A stretch of DNA of 64,000 nucleotides from Candidatus Poribacteria bacterium (GTDB lineage: Bacteria; Poribacteria; WGA-4E; PCPOR2b): the NCBI GenBank assembly GCA_965116925.1, contig OZ220744.1, positions 2,729,136 through 2,793,135 of the forward strand. The letters run 5' to 3'. The notes below the pieces were generated by a model. It searched no databases. It was not told the DNA's origin and saw only the letters and a list, made by a program, of their open reading frames with translations. A program made the position numbers and the translations under genes. Below, one piece after another: positions 29,844-40,814 of the stretch. The first letter of the stretch is position 1; each line of letters begins with the position of its first letter.

Positions 29844-30938
29844 TTAGTCCAATGCTTGTAGGAACGCTTCAAAACTGGAGGCTTGGATTGCTCTGAGATG
29901 CAGTTGTGTCAGACGCTCGGTATCTAGTATCAATTCAAGTTTCTGCTGAACGTGTTGTAGGTTATTCTGCGGGAATCTCGCATTGAGTACTGAGAGAATA
30001 TTTTTGATAGTAGTTTCGCGCGCGCCTTGTTCAATGCCTTGTTCAATACCTTGTGCCTTGCCTTGTTCAATGCCTTGTGCCTTGCCACGTTCAAGCAGCA
30101 CTTCTGCCATTGACTGTGCCATTGAGGATACCTCCATTTCTTCTGTATGCCGATCTACCAAGGTTAGTAACTCGTTGTGTTCTTCAGCAGGACGGCGATG
30201 CAGAATCAATAACAACAGATACATAATTGCTCTATACCGCTGCTCCGATTCTGTCACATCCAGCGAGTTCAACTGTGATAGTGCTTGAACCAACGCTTCG
30301 CTTAGTGCCTCTCGACTTGCACCCTCTTTTTGAAGAACCGTTAGCAGCCAGCCCAACGGGTGCCCTGTCTTTGTTAAATCCGTCTCATCTGTTTCCTTCA
30401 CGCTTAAAAACAAAGTGTCAAATTTGGGAACAAACCGAGAGAGTAGGTCCGGAATGTCCATTATGTCAGTGAGTGCCAAGGAAACGCTCCAACGCCGTTC
30501 CCCCGTATATAACACCATCGGGAGGATCGGACGCAAACGCCGCTCACTTCCCGGAACATCATCTGACTCCCATTCCCTACGTTGTGCGTCCCACAGTTGC
30601 GTCATGTAAAACAGCACTCGAAATCCCATCAGCGGATCTACTGTAGATTGGTGTTCAAGCAAGATATAGATGAGCAGTTCATCGGTTTCCGAACCCCGCC
30701 GAAATGGCACGCTGAACACGAGGTCCGATTCCTGTTCTCGGAGTGTGTCAGAAATGAAGCTTCTGTTGAGTGGTGTAAGTTGGTCAAAATCTAAAAACGC
30801 TACCAGCTCGTTTGCAACGATTTCTACCAAGCCACGGACATATTGCTTGTCTTGGAACAACCACCGCGCGCTTCGGTCAGGAAAGTGTTCAATCGGAAAA
30901 TCGACAGAAGCGCGTTCTTCTGTTTCCTCAGTTTGCAT
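29844..30938 (-). CDS. Rpn-family (YhgA-like, PD-(D/E)XK) recombination-promoting nuclease / putative transposase with a DUF4351-like C-terminal tail
   Basis: 'IYILLEHQSTVDPLMGFRVLFYMTQLW' matches the EHQS..D..M.FR hallmark of Rpn/Transposase_31. C-terminal 'ERGKAQGIEQGKAQGIEQGIEQGARE' repeat tail. Confidence 0.65.
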   Translation of the reverse strand: MQTEETEERASVDFPIEHFPDRSARWLFQDKQYVRGLVEIVANELVAFLDFDQLTPLNRSFISDTLREQESDLVFSVPFRRGSETDELLIYILLEHQSTVDPLMGFRVLFYMTQLWDAQRREWESDDVPGSERRLRPILPMVLYTGERRWSVSLALTDIMDIPDLLSRFVPKFDTLFLSVKETDETDLTKTGHPLGWLLTVLQKEGASREALSEALVQALSQLNSLDVTESEQRYRAIMYLLLLILHRRPAEEHNELLTLVDRHTEEMEVSSMAQSMAEVLLERGKAQGIEQGKAQGIEQGIEQGARETTIKNILSVLNARFPQNNLQHVQQKLELILDTERLTQLHLRAIQASSFEAFLQALD

Positions 30939-30965
30939 AGTTTGATGAACTATTGAACCAATGAG

Positions 30966-32963
30966 CTAAAACGGCTTGACAATAACCGCTTTGGAGACTA
31001 GTGCGATTGCAACCGTTCCCATGCCAACAAGCCCGACACCACAGATGAAGCCTGCCGCCAAGACGGGATTATACATGAACCATCGTTTCAGACCAAACTG
31101 TTTGATCATGTAAAACCGACCGATGAGGGCACCCACCACTTTTGGAACCATCATCCCCGGGTCTTGACCGATCCCCCCAACAATGCCGTAGAACCACATA
31201 CTTGGCGCCTTTGCCATCCAGAGCAGCCCGTAAATTGCCACTGAGGAGGTAAAGCCGGCTGACACGTAATCGCCGCGAATGGCTTGTAACATCTGGCTAT
31301 TTCCATCTCGAAGTGAGGTTTTCCAGAGACATTCATCGGTTGCGTAGAGAGGCCACCATGTCTGTGCAAAGGGATACTGTGAGGACGGGATAGGTGCGAT
31401 CTGCCAGATGAAATGCCAGACCACGATTGTCGCAACAATCAAGAGCGGCACCATCAAGGCACGCGCTAGGACGTCGCTGGTGAAAGTTGTGCCGGTCAAT
31501 TCAAGCACACGCCAATGCTGCGTACCCGCTCCGTAATCTTCATCTGGCAGGTGGACAAACCAGATATCAATCTCCTCGTAGCGGCTTAAAATAAACGTTG
31601 CCTGATGGATGTAGGGCAGCACGAAGAGCGGTCGCCCTAACACTCCAAATGTTCGTGCGTTGATATAGGAGTGCAAAGGGGTATACAGAAAGGCAAAGCC
31701 GAGGAGGAAAGAAACGGGAAAGTTCGGGACCATCCGATGCACAATCCATACATACACCACCATGCTGAGACCCCATAAGCCGCCCATGAACCAAATTGGG
31801 AAATCACCACGTCCCGGCGGCGTTTGCAGCGAGCCTCGCGCCCCCGCCTCTTGTTGTTTTTTCCTTCTGAGGCTCAACATGATTGGGATGGACGCTGCCA
31901 AACCGACGGCAGCAAAGCTGAAGGATTTGCCCATGTTGAAACTCAACCAGAAATCGAGGTCATTAAACAGCTTAACGCCACGCATATCCAAGCCCGGACG
32001 CCACTGATGTAGGATCTCCAATGGGTAGAGGATTCGCGGGTTCAGGATAAACTGGGTGAACATCGCTGCAACGAATTCGCTAATAATAAGTGGAAACGGT
32101 AGCACAAACCCCTGTAGCATCATGCCAAAATCTGTCCATAGGGCAAACATCCCCGATGGTGCAAAGCTTTCGATGCTTGGGGTGAAGTCAATAAATGGGA
32201 TTTTCAGAATCTGTATCGGTGTTGACATCATCACGCCTGTGAGCGCAGGAATACCGATATAGAAAAACCCCCAGAACAGTCCCGCCATGGAACCGATTGA
32301 AAAGACACGCCAACGCCATGTTTCGCCCTGACCCGTGGTTTCGGCTAATGCGGTCGCGCCTTGCGCTTGAATCGGTGCCAACGGGTAGGGGAGTCGCTCT
32401 AAATCTGCTGTCAGACGGAACAGAAAATAGCTCGCGCTAATATAGCGAACCTCTGCTAGCAACTTCATGACCAGAAAGATCGCAAGGGGCCAGAACCAAT
32501 CCATATGCAACAGCGAACGCTCTGCAATTGCCATCGCGTCCTTTGCGGGTGCAACCCAATAAGGGACTTTGTCCGCGATTTCATACGACTGTGCCTGCGG
32601 CGTGTTGATAAAGTAGGCGTACCAGACAAACGGATAGGCACGATATTGGATTCCAGAACCGACCGCCATGCCGGTTAGTCCCAGCAAAATGTAAAGTTCT
32701 TGTCTCCTTGCAGTTGTGAAAGACCGGCGCGCCAATTCTGTAAATAGAATGACCGCCACCCAAGGCGCAGCACCTGCGCCCGACTGACCTGCAACTAAGG
32801 TCAGATAGATTGACCCCGGCATCATCAATAGACCGATGAAGAGTGCACCTAGAAAGACTTTCAAGGTTAAGCCGGACTCAAAGGTTCTTAAACCGCCTTC
32901 AACATCATAACGTTGTGCCCAAGCTTGCCACTCTTCTGCTTGCGACACCCTTTCTCTTGCCAA
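30966..32963 (-). CDS. Polytopic membrane protein, paralog 1
   Basis: See 27582-29579. Collinear over the full length. Confidence 0.6.
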   Translation of the reverse strand: MARERVSQAEEWQAWAQRYDVEGGLRTFESGLTLKVFLGALFIGLLMMPGSIYLTLVAGQSGAGAAPWVAVILFTELARRSFTTARRQELYILLGLTGMAVGSGIQYRAYPFVWYAYFINTPQAQSYEIADKVPYWVAPAKDAMAIAERSLLHMDWFWPLAIFLVMKLLAEVRYISASYFLFRLTADLERLPYPLAPIQAQGATALAETTGQGETWRWRVFSIGSMAGLFWGFFYIGIPALTGVMMSTPIQILKIPFIDFTPSIESFAPSGMFALWTDFGMMLQGFVLPFPLIISEFVAAMFTQFILNPRILYPLEILHQWRPGLDMRGVKLFNDLDFWLSFNMGKSFSFAAVGLAASIPIMLSLRRKKQQEAGARGSLQTPPGRGDFPIWFMGGLWGLSMVVYVWIVHRMVPNFPVSFLLGFAFLYTPLHSYINARTFGVLGRPLFVLPYIHQATFILSRYEEIDIWFVHLPDEDYGAGTQHWRVLELTGTTFTSDVLARALMVPLLIVATIVVWHFIWQIAPIPSSQYPFAQTWWPLYATDECLWKTSLRDGNSQMLQAIRGDYVSAGFTSSVAIYGLLWMAKAPSMWFYGIVGGIGQDPGMMVPKVVGALIGRFYMIKQFGLKRWFMYNPVLAAGFICGVGLVGMGTVAIALVSKAVIVKPF

Positions 32964-33205
32964 ATTTATGCTCCTTTCAGGACGCGAAGCGTAAAACGTA
33001 AAACGTGAAACGTGAAGGGAATGGGTAAATACAGGTTTTTAATGAAACACAGTTGTAAGATGTGTTCATGAGCTCAACCCTTCATTGGTATATTGCTTGG
33101 TTACCGATTTCTTAAAATCTTACATAACCACGAATCCACGATAACGAAATAGGGAGATTTGAAGCAATCTTTTCTCACGTTTCACACATCACGTTTCACG
33201 ATCCT

Positions 33206-33374
33206 GCTATTTTTTTTCTCGAAAAAGCTCTTCCCAAACGTGGGCGATAATAATTCCAACAATGAGAATTAGGGCAGCGAGTAGTTGTGCCTGCCATCTG
33301 CCTTGCATAGCAAAAATCGAAAATACCCAAAAAATTGCACCGATAAAAATTAAGACATACGCTAGTTTTTCCAT
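33206..33374 (-). CDS. 55-aa two-TM membrane peptide, translationally coupled to the giant upstream gene
   Basis: ATG at 33374 with AAGGAG 8 nt upstream. The RBS overlaps the TAA stop (33393-33395) of the 7.4 kb gene. Product MEKLAYVLIFIGAIFWVFSIFAMQGRWQAQLLAALILIVGIIIAHVWEELFREKK. Confidence 0.55.
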
Positions 33375-33392
33375 TGATTCTGTTTTCTCCTT

Positions 33393-36300
33393 TTAATCCG
33401 CTGGTGCGGGTTGAGCAGCCAGACCGCCAACGCCCGGAGCGTCTTCCGTCTCGCTCTCTTGCCGTCCACGCTCATGGAACTCACCGCGGATATCAGCACT
33501 GAACGTCCGCCAAATTAGTAGCTGTTTTCGGACAAGGTTCAAGAAACGACGGTTGACGCGCTTCCATGAAGCAATCTCCCCGCTCTCACGGTGGACATCG
33601 AGGTGAATCTTATACAACTCTTCCTCTTCTCCGCCGACCGGTGAGGTGACAAGCCGAATGGATTGGCTGACTCCGAGATCGTAGGGGGCGAGCCACACCA
33701 TCATGCTGATGTTGTAGGCTTCTTCCTCTTCCTCTTTCCCTTCCACTACCACAGGCGTTCGACCGAAGGCGACCTGATCCGTGTAGAAATCGCTTGCGGA
33801 TTCGTCGGCGTGTGCTTCAAAGTAATCGCGCATAAAGATATTTAAGCCGAGCGATTCTTCTGCCAACACGGTGAAGGGGAGATCGAAGTGCCACTCGTCG
33901 CCTTCAGGCTCCGGCAGCTGCCATTTCCGTTCGATGTCAGGCACCGCCATGCGACTGGCTTTAATTGCAGGATACAGTGTACTTCCAATCACGACAATCA
34001 TTACAATAATGGTTGCTACCACTGTTGACATTGACGAGTAGTTGAGGGTCAATCCAGCAAGCAAGCCAAAGTTGACAAGGACGGTTGCGACTGCCTGGCC
34101 GAGCAGGTAACCGAGCACAGCACCGACAATCGCATACACACACGCTTCCGCGAGGAACAGGAAGGCGATATGCACGGGAGCGAGTCCGACAGAACTGTAG
34201 ATGCCGATTTCACGGACCCGTTCGTAGACCGCACCGAGCATCGTGTTCAGAACGATCAGCGACGCAATTAAAATTGGTATGAATAGGTTACCCATACCGG
34301 AGAAAGAGGTCATTCCGATGGAACTGTAGAGATAGGTGTCCCGATCTTTTCCAACAAAGAAGTCGAGTGCGATTCGGTTCATCAGCGGTGCCATGATCAG
34401 GTCCAGTTTATCTGCCGCACTGAAGATTGTTGGATCGCCGGGCTGTGCTTCCATGTTGACAGCGACGGAGCGTAACGTCCCGCCCTGATTCATGACTACA
34501 TCATACGGCAGGATAGCCACAGCATCGGGAGGTAGATGAATATATTTCTCCAACTCTCCTTCCATGGCTTGGTTCTGTCCTTGGGCGCCACCGCCTCGCG
34601 CTTCCTGCTGCTGCATCAGTTGGTAGTCAACAGGTGTCAGTTCTTCGCCATCATTATCCTGTAAGTCTTTGAAGCCGATACCGAGAACACCCGTAACGGT
34701 GAAGTCTGCGCCGTATACGGATACAGTCGCTTTGCCCATATCGGCTTCGGTGATGCCGAGCAGATCCGCCATACCTTTGGGGAGGACACAAGCATAGGGC
34801 CATTGTGTGGGCCACTCTGCTTCATCGTCGGGGTGATACCATCGACCATACTGGAGGTAACGGTCAATTCCTGTTACACCGGGTTCATCTTGACTCATCC
34901 CGACCAACATGGTAGCAGAGTAGGTCTTTGGCTGACCGGTGGTAGTATTGACAGGCGGTACAGGATCTTGCAGGTTGGGGGTGCGCTCTAGCTGCACAAA
35001 CGACTGATCGCCGGTGCCCGCGGACTGATACCATGCGCGTGGCGCGACGATGTTATGCACTCGGAGGACGGATTCTTCGCCCAGCTCAATCAACGATCCC
35101 TCCTGACGTAATTGGGCTATGATTGCTTCAACCTCTACGTCAGCCTGCTCTGCCGATTTACCTTGCTGCCCCAGTCGTTTCTTCAGCAGTAACCGTAGAT
35201 CTTTTTCAGGGATTTGTGTTTTCCGCAGATCATTTGTGAGTGAGTTGACAACAGGTTCTTCGAGCGGATTCCAATACTGATCTCGGATAAGCATCCCGGT
35301 GTAGCGCGGCGTTACGGAAGGTAGGTTGGTGCTGTTGGGATGCATAAAGGTACGCACCGATGTAAAGGAGATGACCGTAAAGGTGAGAATAACCAGTGTG
35401 CTACAGGTGAGGATGGTGCGGCCCTTCCGCTTACGCATATTGGAAATACCTAGACTGAAAGCGGCAGCGGAGGCAGACAAGCGTCCCACGTCTGCCTTGT
35501 ACACTTTTGATCCCTCCTGCTTAATTTTTTCCACCTGTTCTTCAAATTTCCGGACGATGATGCTGATCACAATTGCCGTCAACGCAAGGACGACGAACGC
35601 AATCAGGATGATAACCGGCGTCGTGGTAATCTGGAATGCGGGGTGCACCTGCGCCAAGAAGAAAAAGACAACGAGGAAGATCGCAGCTGTCCCCATAATC
35701 TGTTTTTGGACGGTTGGGAAAGCGAATATCAACCGTTCCATGAAGTAGGCGAACGGGATCAGGAGGGCGAGATAGAACATCACACCATTGACTACGTCAT
35801 TGCCGGTTTTCTTCACATCGGGGTAGGCGCGGGATTCGTATCCCCACGCGGCGCGGGCAAGTTTGAGTGCCTGCTGATAGTCTTTTTGGGTGAGGGCAGC
35901 CTCCGCCTGATTTAGATGTTCGTTGGCGAATTGGTGGAGCTGATCAAGCCGATCGCTGCTGATGCCGAACCGTTTATACAGACTCGCCCGGTTCTCATCG
36001 AGCCACCACATATCGCGGACGACAACGTATGGGGTTACGCGAATGCTACCGTTCTCGCGGACAACAAACCCTTCTCCGGTATAGAGTGTCGGGTTCTTCG
36101 TTCCGCTTTTACTCGCCTTGATCAATAGTAACCGTTTGCCGATTTGTCCATACGCCATGCCGACCTTGATACGACTGTTAGGCTCCGAATAAACGAGCGC
36201 GATAGGCTCAGTTGCCGAGATACCTTCCTGCTGCCACGGCTTCGATACGCCATACTTTTCTGGTGGGCTATCGCTTGCGGCATCAAAAACTTCCAGTTCA

Positions 36301-39300
36301 CGAAGCGTTCGTAGGTATCGCTGATCCACAAGATCGTAGATAGTGGTAGACACACAGGGGAAAACCACGATACGGCATCCACGACGGTGGGTGTTAATCG
36401 GTATCAGGTTCGGCAAGAGTTTCGCGCCGAAGTTACCGAGATCCGGTGCGTAGACAATATCACCGGAATCCGGGTGGAGGATATAAGCTTCCACCTCTTG
36501 CGTTCCTTTGAGGCGGATGGTGGCACGCCCCTCCATCGCAAGTCCTGCAACCTCAAAGTTTCCTTTATTGTCGCCCATTGCAATGAGATCGCCTCGCACC
36601 CCCATCATGGTTTTGTGCTGATTCCGCAAAGCGAGAATAGGATACTCCACCGGTTTGTTTGGTAGCGCGCTCTCACGGGCATCATACTCGACGACATCAC
36701 CAAACAGGTTGCAGTAGAAGTTCCCCACCCGTGCTGCGGTGGGCATCTTCGGATCGCGCATCGCTTGGATAAGAATAGCGGCAAGGGTTTTCGCCTGTTT
36801 ATGCAAGGCACCATCGTGGCTCAAATCCATTCGGTCAATTGTGTCGAGCGGGGTATCGGTCAACACGCGTGCATCGTCGATGGTGGCAAAAGCAATTCCG
36901 GTAAAGCCGGTCAGGGTTGCCACTTCGCTATCAAAGGCTATCTTACCAGGTATGTAGGTCTTCCAGATCTTACCGCCACTAGCAGAGATTGCGTTGACAA
37001 AGTTGGTCTCACCACCAAACCCGGCGATATCAATGAGTGCCTTAATATCATCGACTTCCTCTTGTGTAAATTCGGACGGGTCCTCGTGGCGCAGGGCAAG
37101 CATCGCATCCATTCGATTGAGCAGGCGCACCTTATTCTTCCGGTTCTTCCGCGCCTCCCGGATATCGTTTCGGATGAATCGTTCGACTTCCTTACGGATA
37201 TAGTCCATATCCTTGAGCATATCCTCGGAAGGTTCGCCCTGATTTTTCATCTGCTCAAACTGCATCTTCATCAATCGAGACACTCCGGATAGCCCGACCA
37301 ACGTTGCGTAATGCTCAGTAACTAAGCTTTCAAGGCTCTTGCCCTCGATGGCTTTTTTCGGATCGATGCCAGCTGCAACTGTCCATTGAGTATTCATCAC
37401 CGCTTGGCGGATCTGATCGTCGGTGAAGGTCCATAGTTTCTGGATACGTTCACCGAAATCGGCACCCTCTGCGTATTCGGCAAGTTTATTTCCGATGGAA
37501 GCGAACTCGCGGCGGAGGACAAATTCGGGCTGCTGGTCATAGAACCACCCTTTGTTGAATACGCCAAACTGGTCGTTCTGGCTGGAGAGGTCAATGGCGA
37601 TAAAGAGAGAGGTGTAGTAACGATTAAAGATGTCTTGCAGTGCAATCGCTTGTTCGATGGAACGTATCTTCCGTGTGTATTCTGACTCGCTGATACGTGC
37701 AATTTTCTCGACCCGTTTTTGTAGATTGCGAAATCGAGCGTTCCGCATCGTGAGCAGGTTATCACGGAGGAGAATCTTGGTCTCCTCGTCCGGATCGCGG
37801 TCAAGACGGTCAAGGATGTTCAGCAGGTTCTGGAGTTCGACAATATCGTTTTTGGCTCGCCGCTTCACCATCTCTAGTAGATGCTGTTCTTCAAGCTGAC
37901 CGAAGATCTGCTCTCGGACAGCCATCGCTCGGTCTGCTGCATCTTCAGGGAGATAGTGGCGGAGGACGAGTGCCTCTTCGGCGAGGTAGGGACGGTTCAG
38001 CGACGCATGGCGTTCAAGGAGGGATTCAATTCGATAGCGTTCAAGGCGAGCGTTCCGCATCGCGGTTTCGAGGATACTCTGTTTATCTCTGGTCAGGTCA
38101 TCAACCAAAATTTGGTCTAATTCTCGTGAGGTTGCTGTTCCCGTTGTCGGGTCCATCATCTCCAACTTCTGGTGGAGTTGAGTCTGAACAATCTCAAACT
38201 GCTTGAGGGTTGCCTCATTGAGGAAGAGTTCTAGCTCATCCGCAAAGCCTGCCGGGAGGTGATCCGGTTTAGAACTTAACTGGGTGATAGCGTTTTTGAT
38301 ACTATCCTCTGCATCGCTGCTTGCGGGAATATTGGCGAGCGTTCGTTCAAGGAGTTGCCGTTCTTCTTCGATGTAGGCTTCCAGAGATTTTTCAGCGCGG
38401 TTGACAACCCTACGAGCTGACTTGATTCGTTCCAAACCCTTAAAGTCAAGATGGCGGTCTAACAACTTCTCTTGGGCATACTGGAGGGTGAATTTCCGTG
38501 GATCTTCAAATTCCCAGTCCTGCAAATTGTCCGAGAGTCGCTGAACATCTACCTCCAGATACGACGGTAGGTCACTCGGTACTGGTAGATAATAACGTCC
38601 CCCCTCCCGTTCCTTCGGTACGAGATAGCTGCTGTCTGGCGTTTGTACATATTTCCCTTCAATCCGTTCTGCCCTTAAATCCGCTTCCAATTTATCTATT
38701 GCCCAAACGTCCAACCGAGCCATCGGTAGGGCAATCTGTTCAATCAATTCACGTTGGGTGTCACGGCATTCAGCTAATGCTTGTGTGCGCAGTTTTAGGG
38801 TACGGTTAAGCATTGAACGCAGGAATTGAGTGGTCTGCAGCGCGTCTTTCTTGAACTTCGCGAGGTTGACCTCTAGTCGTGATTTTTCCTCTTCGGTGAA
38901 TCCTTGCTTCTCCCGTTTCTTGGTTGTTTCGAGTTTCTTCTTCTCTTTCTCTTTTGCGTCACGCTGGGCGTTACGCAACGAGTCAATGTTGCCTTTGGTT
39001 GTCTGTAGATCGGAGAGGGTTGTTGCTAGGGAGGCGACATCTGCTTTGAGTTCGTGGACATCGTGGAAGAAGTTAGGGGGTAAATCTACCAGCACATTTC
39101 GGTCGATCGATAGCAGTAGCTTACGTCCCAGTTCCTCAAACTCAAAGAGGTCGGTACTTAAACCGCGACGCAGCCCGCGCATTGTCGGTGTGCCGGGAGA
39201 ATCCGCTTCTCGTCCGACGATATCTTGACCAATCCCCTCCATAAATGCGCGCATACCCCCCAGTCCTTGGAAGTGGGCATCTGTTGCGACAAACAGAAGG

Positions 39301-40814
39301 GAACGCCCCGGTCGAAATTCCTCTTGGCTGAAGATACGAGCAAGCTCCAACAGAGTGGCAATGCCGCCGGTGGGATCGGCACCGGGTGCCATTGCGGGAA
39401 CGACAGACATTGAGTCGTAATAGCCGGTGATAACAACCAATTCGTCCTTTAGGGTTGGGTCGCCACCTTCAAGGAAACCACGAATGTTCTGCCCAATACG
39501 CTGTTCCCAAGTAATGGTACTAGTGAGACGTGCGTAAATTTTCTGAGGAGACGATTCCGATTGTGCTTCCCCTTCGCCAAGCATAGCCAAGAGTTCGTCG
39601 GCGTCCTCTTTAGCAATCCAGAAGCGGGGGATGTTGGCAGGGACCGTCAGGAATTTGTTCTCAGCCTCACCGCGGATAGTTGTCTCCGGCTCGATGAAGA
39701 GGACAGCTTTCGCGCCAAGCATGGCGGCGTTAATCCATTTGGTACTAGAGTTGAAGTCAACCAGTACAACGCTGCCTTGGGGGATAAAGATGCTGGATTC
39801 ATAGGCGGCAACAAACTCGCCTTCTTCGTCAATTTGCCCATTGTTGTTGTTATCAATACCATCAGTTGCATCGCCGGGGATTTCGTCTACGAAGGCGTCA
39901 CCATCGTTGTCGATGCCGTCGGTATCCCATTGCAAGATCTCAGTTAGTGGGGGAATCTCACCGTATTCGTCGATCTGTCCGTCTTCATTGTTGTCAATAC
40001 CATCTTGCGTCTTTTGGAGATGGCCGTTAAGCACATCGTCAGTGATGCTGCCGACACCGATACGGAAACGGTGGGCGAGGTCTTCCAAAGTATCGCCAGG
40101 TTCAACTTTGTGCCAGAAACCGCCGATATCTTTGCCGTTGAACGAGGAGAGTTCCCCACTTCCCCCATAAAAGAGGGGCGCGGTCAGTCCACCGGTGGGA
40201 ATAAAGAGCGAGTTGCCTTCGACCAGCACTAACTCGCCCGGTTCGTCGATTTCACCATCATCATCGTTATCGCTGCCATCGGTTGCTTGGTCACGGAGGT
40301 ATTGGTTATGCGGGTCAGCCAAGATAGCTTGTGGGTCAACTTGATAGGATTTAGCAATTCCGTCAAAGGTTTCGCCTTGAACGACTACATGCGAGACACC
40401 GTTGGGGAGGAAGGAGGTGCGAACAAGGTTGGGCCAGATTGACCAGATTCGGTAAGTCTTCAGAAGCGTTTGATCTTCGGAAAGAATTTCTACCTTTCCA
40501 TCACCGTGATCTATTGGAACAGAAACGGGAAACTCACGGCTCTCAACGTTTTGTAAGCCGATCTCGACAAATTGGTCAAAGATGTACTTGCTGCCTGAAG
40601 CGGCTTCATCGTAACCGGTGACGCGGGTGGGCAGATTGGAGAGTCGAGCGATGTCTTTTCGCATTCGGCCGATATCGACTTTGTCACTGATTTTGACTGC
40701 AACCTCCGAAAGCCCGACAGACAGCTGTTCGTCAACAGCGAAACCGCCGTGTGGAGATAGTAGCGCGAGAATGCAGAGCCATAGACTGATGTAATAATAT
40801 CTCTTGATGATCAT
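33393..40814 (-). CDS. Giant (about 2470 aa) secreted/membrane multidomain protein: signal peptide, M28-family Zn peptidase with Ca-binding Asp-rich repeats and LysM-like motifs, about 1000-aa coiled-coil, then 3 TM and a FtsX/MacB-type permease module with a large extracytoplasmic domain and a C-terminal cytoplasmic tail
   Basis: M28: 'ITGYYDSMSVVPAMAPGADPTGGIATLLELARIF...LLFVATDAHFQGLGG'. Repeats 'DGIDNNEDGQIDEYGE', 'DTDGIDNDGDAFVDEIPGDATDGIDNNNNGQIDEEGE'. FtsX TM1 'FSLGISNMRKRKGRTILTCSTLVILTFTVIS'. FtsX core 'GNLFIPILIASLIVLNTMLGAVYERVREIGIYSSVGLAPVHIAFLFLAEACVYAIVGAVLGYLLG'. Start set at Met40814 (GGAGG RBS, signal peptide IIKRYYYISLWLCILALLSPHGGFA) rather than the track's 40898. Confidence 0.8.
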   Translation of the reverse strand: MIIKRYYYISLWLCILALLSPHGGFAVDEQLSVGLSEVAVKISDKVDIGRMRKDIARLSNLPTRVTGYDEAASGSKYIFDQFVEIGLQNVESREFPVSVPIDHGDGKVEILSEDQTLLKTYRIWSIWPNLVRTSFLPNGVSHVVVQGETFDGIAKSYQVDPQAILADPHNQYLRDQATDGSDNDDDGEIDEPGELVLVEGNSLFIPTGGLTAPLFYGGSGELSSFNGKDIGGFWHKVEPGDTLEDLAHRFRIGVGSITDDVLNGHLQKTQDGIDNNEDGQIDEYGEIPPLTEILQWDTDGIDNDGDAFVDEIPGDATDGIDNNNNGQIDEEGEFVAAYESSIFIPQGSVVLVDFNSSTKWINAAMLGAKAVLFIEPETTIRGEAENKFLTVPANIPRFWIAKEDADELLAMLGEGEAQSESSPQKIYARLTSTITWEQRIGQNIRGFLEGGDPTLKDELVVITGYYDSMSVVPAMAPGADPTGGIATLLELARIFSQEEFRPGRSLLFVATDAHFQGLGGMRAFMEGIGQDIVGREADSPGTPTMRGLRRGLSTDLFEFEELGRKLLLSIDRNVLVDLPPNFFHDVHELKADVASLATTLSDLQTTKGNIDSLRNAQRDAKEKEKKKLETTKKREKQGFTEEEKSRLEVNLAKFKKDALQTTQFLRSMLNRTLKLRTQALAECRDTQRELIEQIALPMARLDVWAIDKLEADLRAERIEGKYVQTPDSSYLVPKEREGGRYYLPVPSDLPSYLEVDVQRLSDNLQDWEFEDPRKFTLQYAQEKLLDRHLDFKGLERIKSARRVVNRAEKSLEAYIEEERQLLERTLANIPASSDAEDSIKNAITQLSSKPDHLPAGFADELELFLNEATLKQFEIVQTQLHQKLEMMDPTTGTATSRELDQILVDDLTRDKQSILETAMRNARLERYRIESLLERHASLNRPYLAEEALVLRHYLPEDAADRAMAVREQIFGQLEEQHLLEMVKRRAKNDIVELQNLLNILDRLDRDPDEETKILLRDNLLTMRNARFRNLQKRVEKIARISESEYTRKIRSIEQAIALQDIFNRYYTSLFIAIDLSSQNDQFGVFNKGWFYDQQPEFVLRREFASIGNKLAEYAEGADFGERIQKLWTFTDDQIRQAVMNTQWTVAAGIDPKKAIEGKSLESLVTEHYATLVGLSGVSRLMKMQFEQMKNQGEPSEDMLKDMDYIRKEVERFIRNDIREARKNRKNKVRLLNRMDAMLALRHEDPSEFTQEEVDDIKALIDIAGFGGETNFVNAISASGGKIWKTYIPGKIAFDSEVATLTGFTGIAFATIDDARVLTDTPLDTIDRMDLSHDGALHKQAKTLAAILIQAMRDPKMPTAARVGNFYCNLFGDVVEYDARESALPNKPVEYPILALRNQHKTMMGVRGDLIAMGDNKGNFEVAGLAMEGRATIRLKGTQEVEAYILHPDSGDIVYAPDLGNFGAKLLPNLIPINTHRRGCRIVVFPCVSTTIYDLVDQRYLRTLRELEVFDAASDSPPEKYGVSKPWQQEGISATEPIALVYSEPNSRIKVGMAYGQIGKRLLLIKASKSGTKNPTLYTGEGFVVRENGSIRVTPYVVVRDMWWLDENRASLYKRFGISSDRLDQLHQFANEHLNQAEAALTQKDYQQALKLARAAWGYESRAYPDVKKTGNDVVNGVMFYLALLIPFAYFMERLIFAFPTVQKQIMGTAAIFLVVFFFLAQVHPAFQITTTPVIILIAFVVLALTAIVISIIVRKFEEQVEKIKQEGSKVYKADVGRLSASAAAFSLGISNMRKRKGRTILTCSTLVILTFTVISFTSVRTFMHPNSTNLPSVTPRYTGMLIRDQYWNPLEEPVVNSLTNDLRKTQIPEKDLRLLLKKRLGQQGKSAEQADVEVEAIIAQLRQEGSLIELGEESVLRVHNIVAPRAWYQSAGTGDQSFVQLERTPNLQDPVPPVNTTTGQPKTYSATMLVGMSQDEPGVTGIDRYLQYGRWYHPDDEAEWPTQWPYACVLPKGMADLLGITEADMGKATVSVYGADFTVTGVLGIGFKDLQDNDGEELTPVDYQLMQQQEARGGGAQGQNQAMEGELEKYIHLPPDAVAILPYDVVMNQGGTLRSVAVNMEAQPGDPTIFSAADKLDLIMAPLMNRIALDFFVGKDRDTYLYSSIGMTSFSGMGNLFIPILIASLIVLNTMLGAVYERVREIGIYSSVGLAPVHIAFLFLAEACVYAIVGAVLGYLLGQAVATVLVNFGLLAGLTLNYSSMSTVVATIIVMIVVIGSTLYPAIKASRMAVPDIERKWQLPEPEGDEWHFDLPFTVLAEESLGLNIFMRDYFEAHADESASDFYTDQVAFGRTPVVVEGKEEEEEAYNISMMVWLAPYDLGVSQSIRLVTSPVGGEEEELYKIHLDVHRESGEIASWKRVNRRFLNLVRKQLLIWRTFSADIRGEFHERGRQESETEDAPGVGGLAAQPAPAD

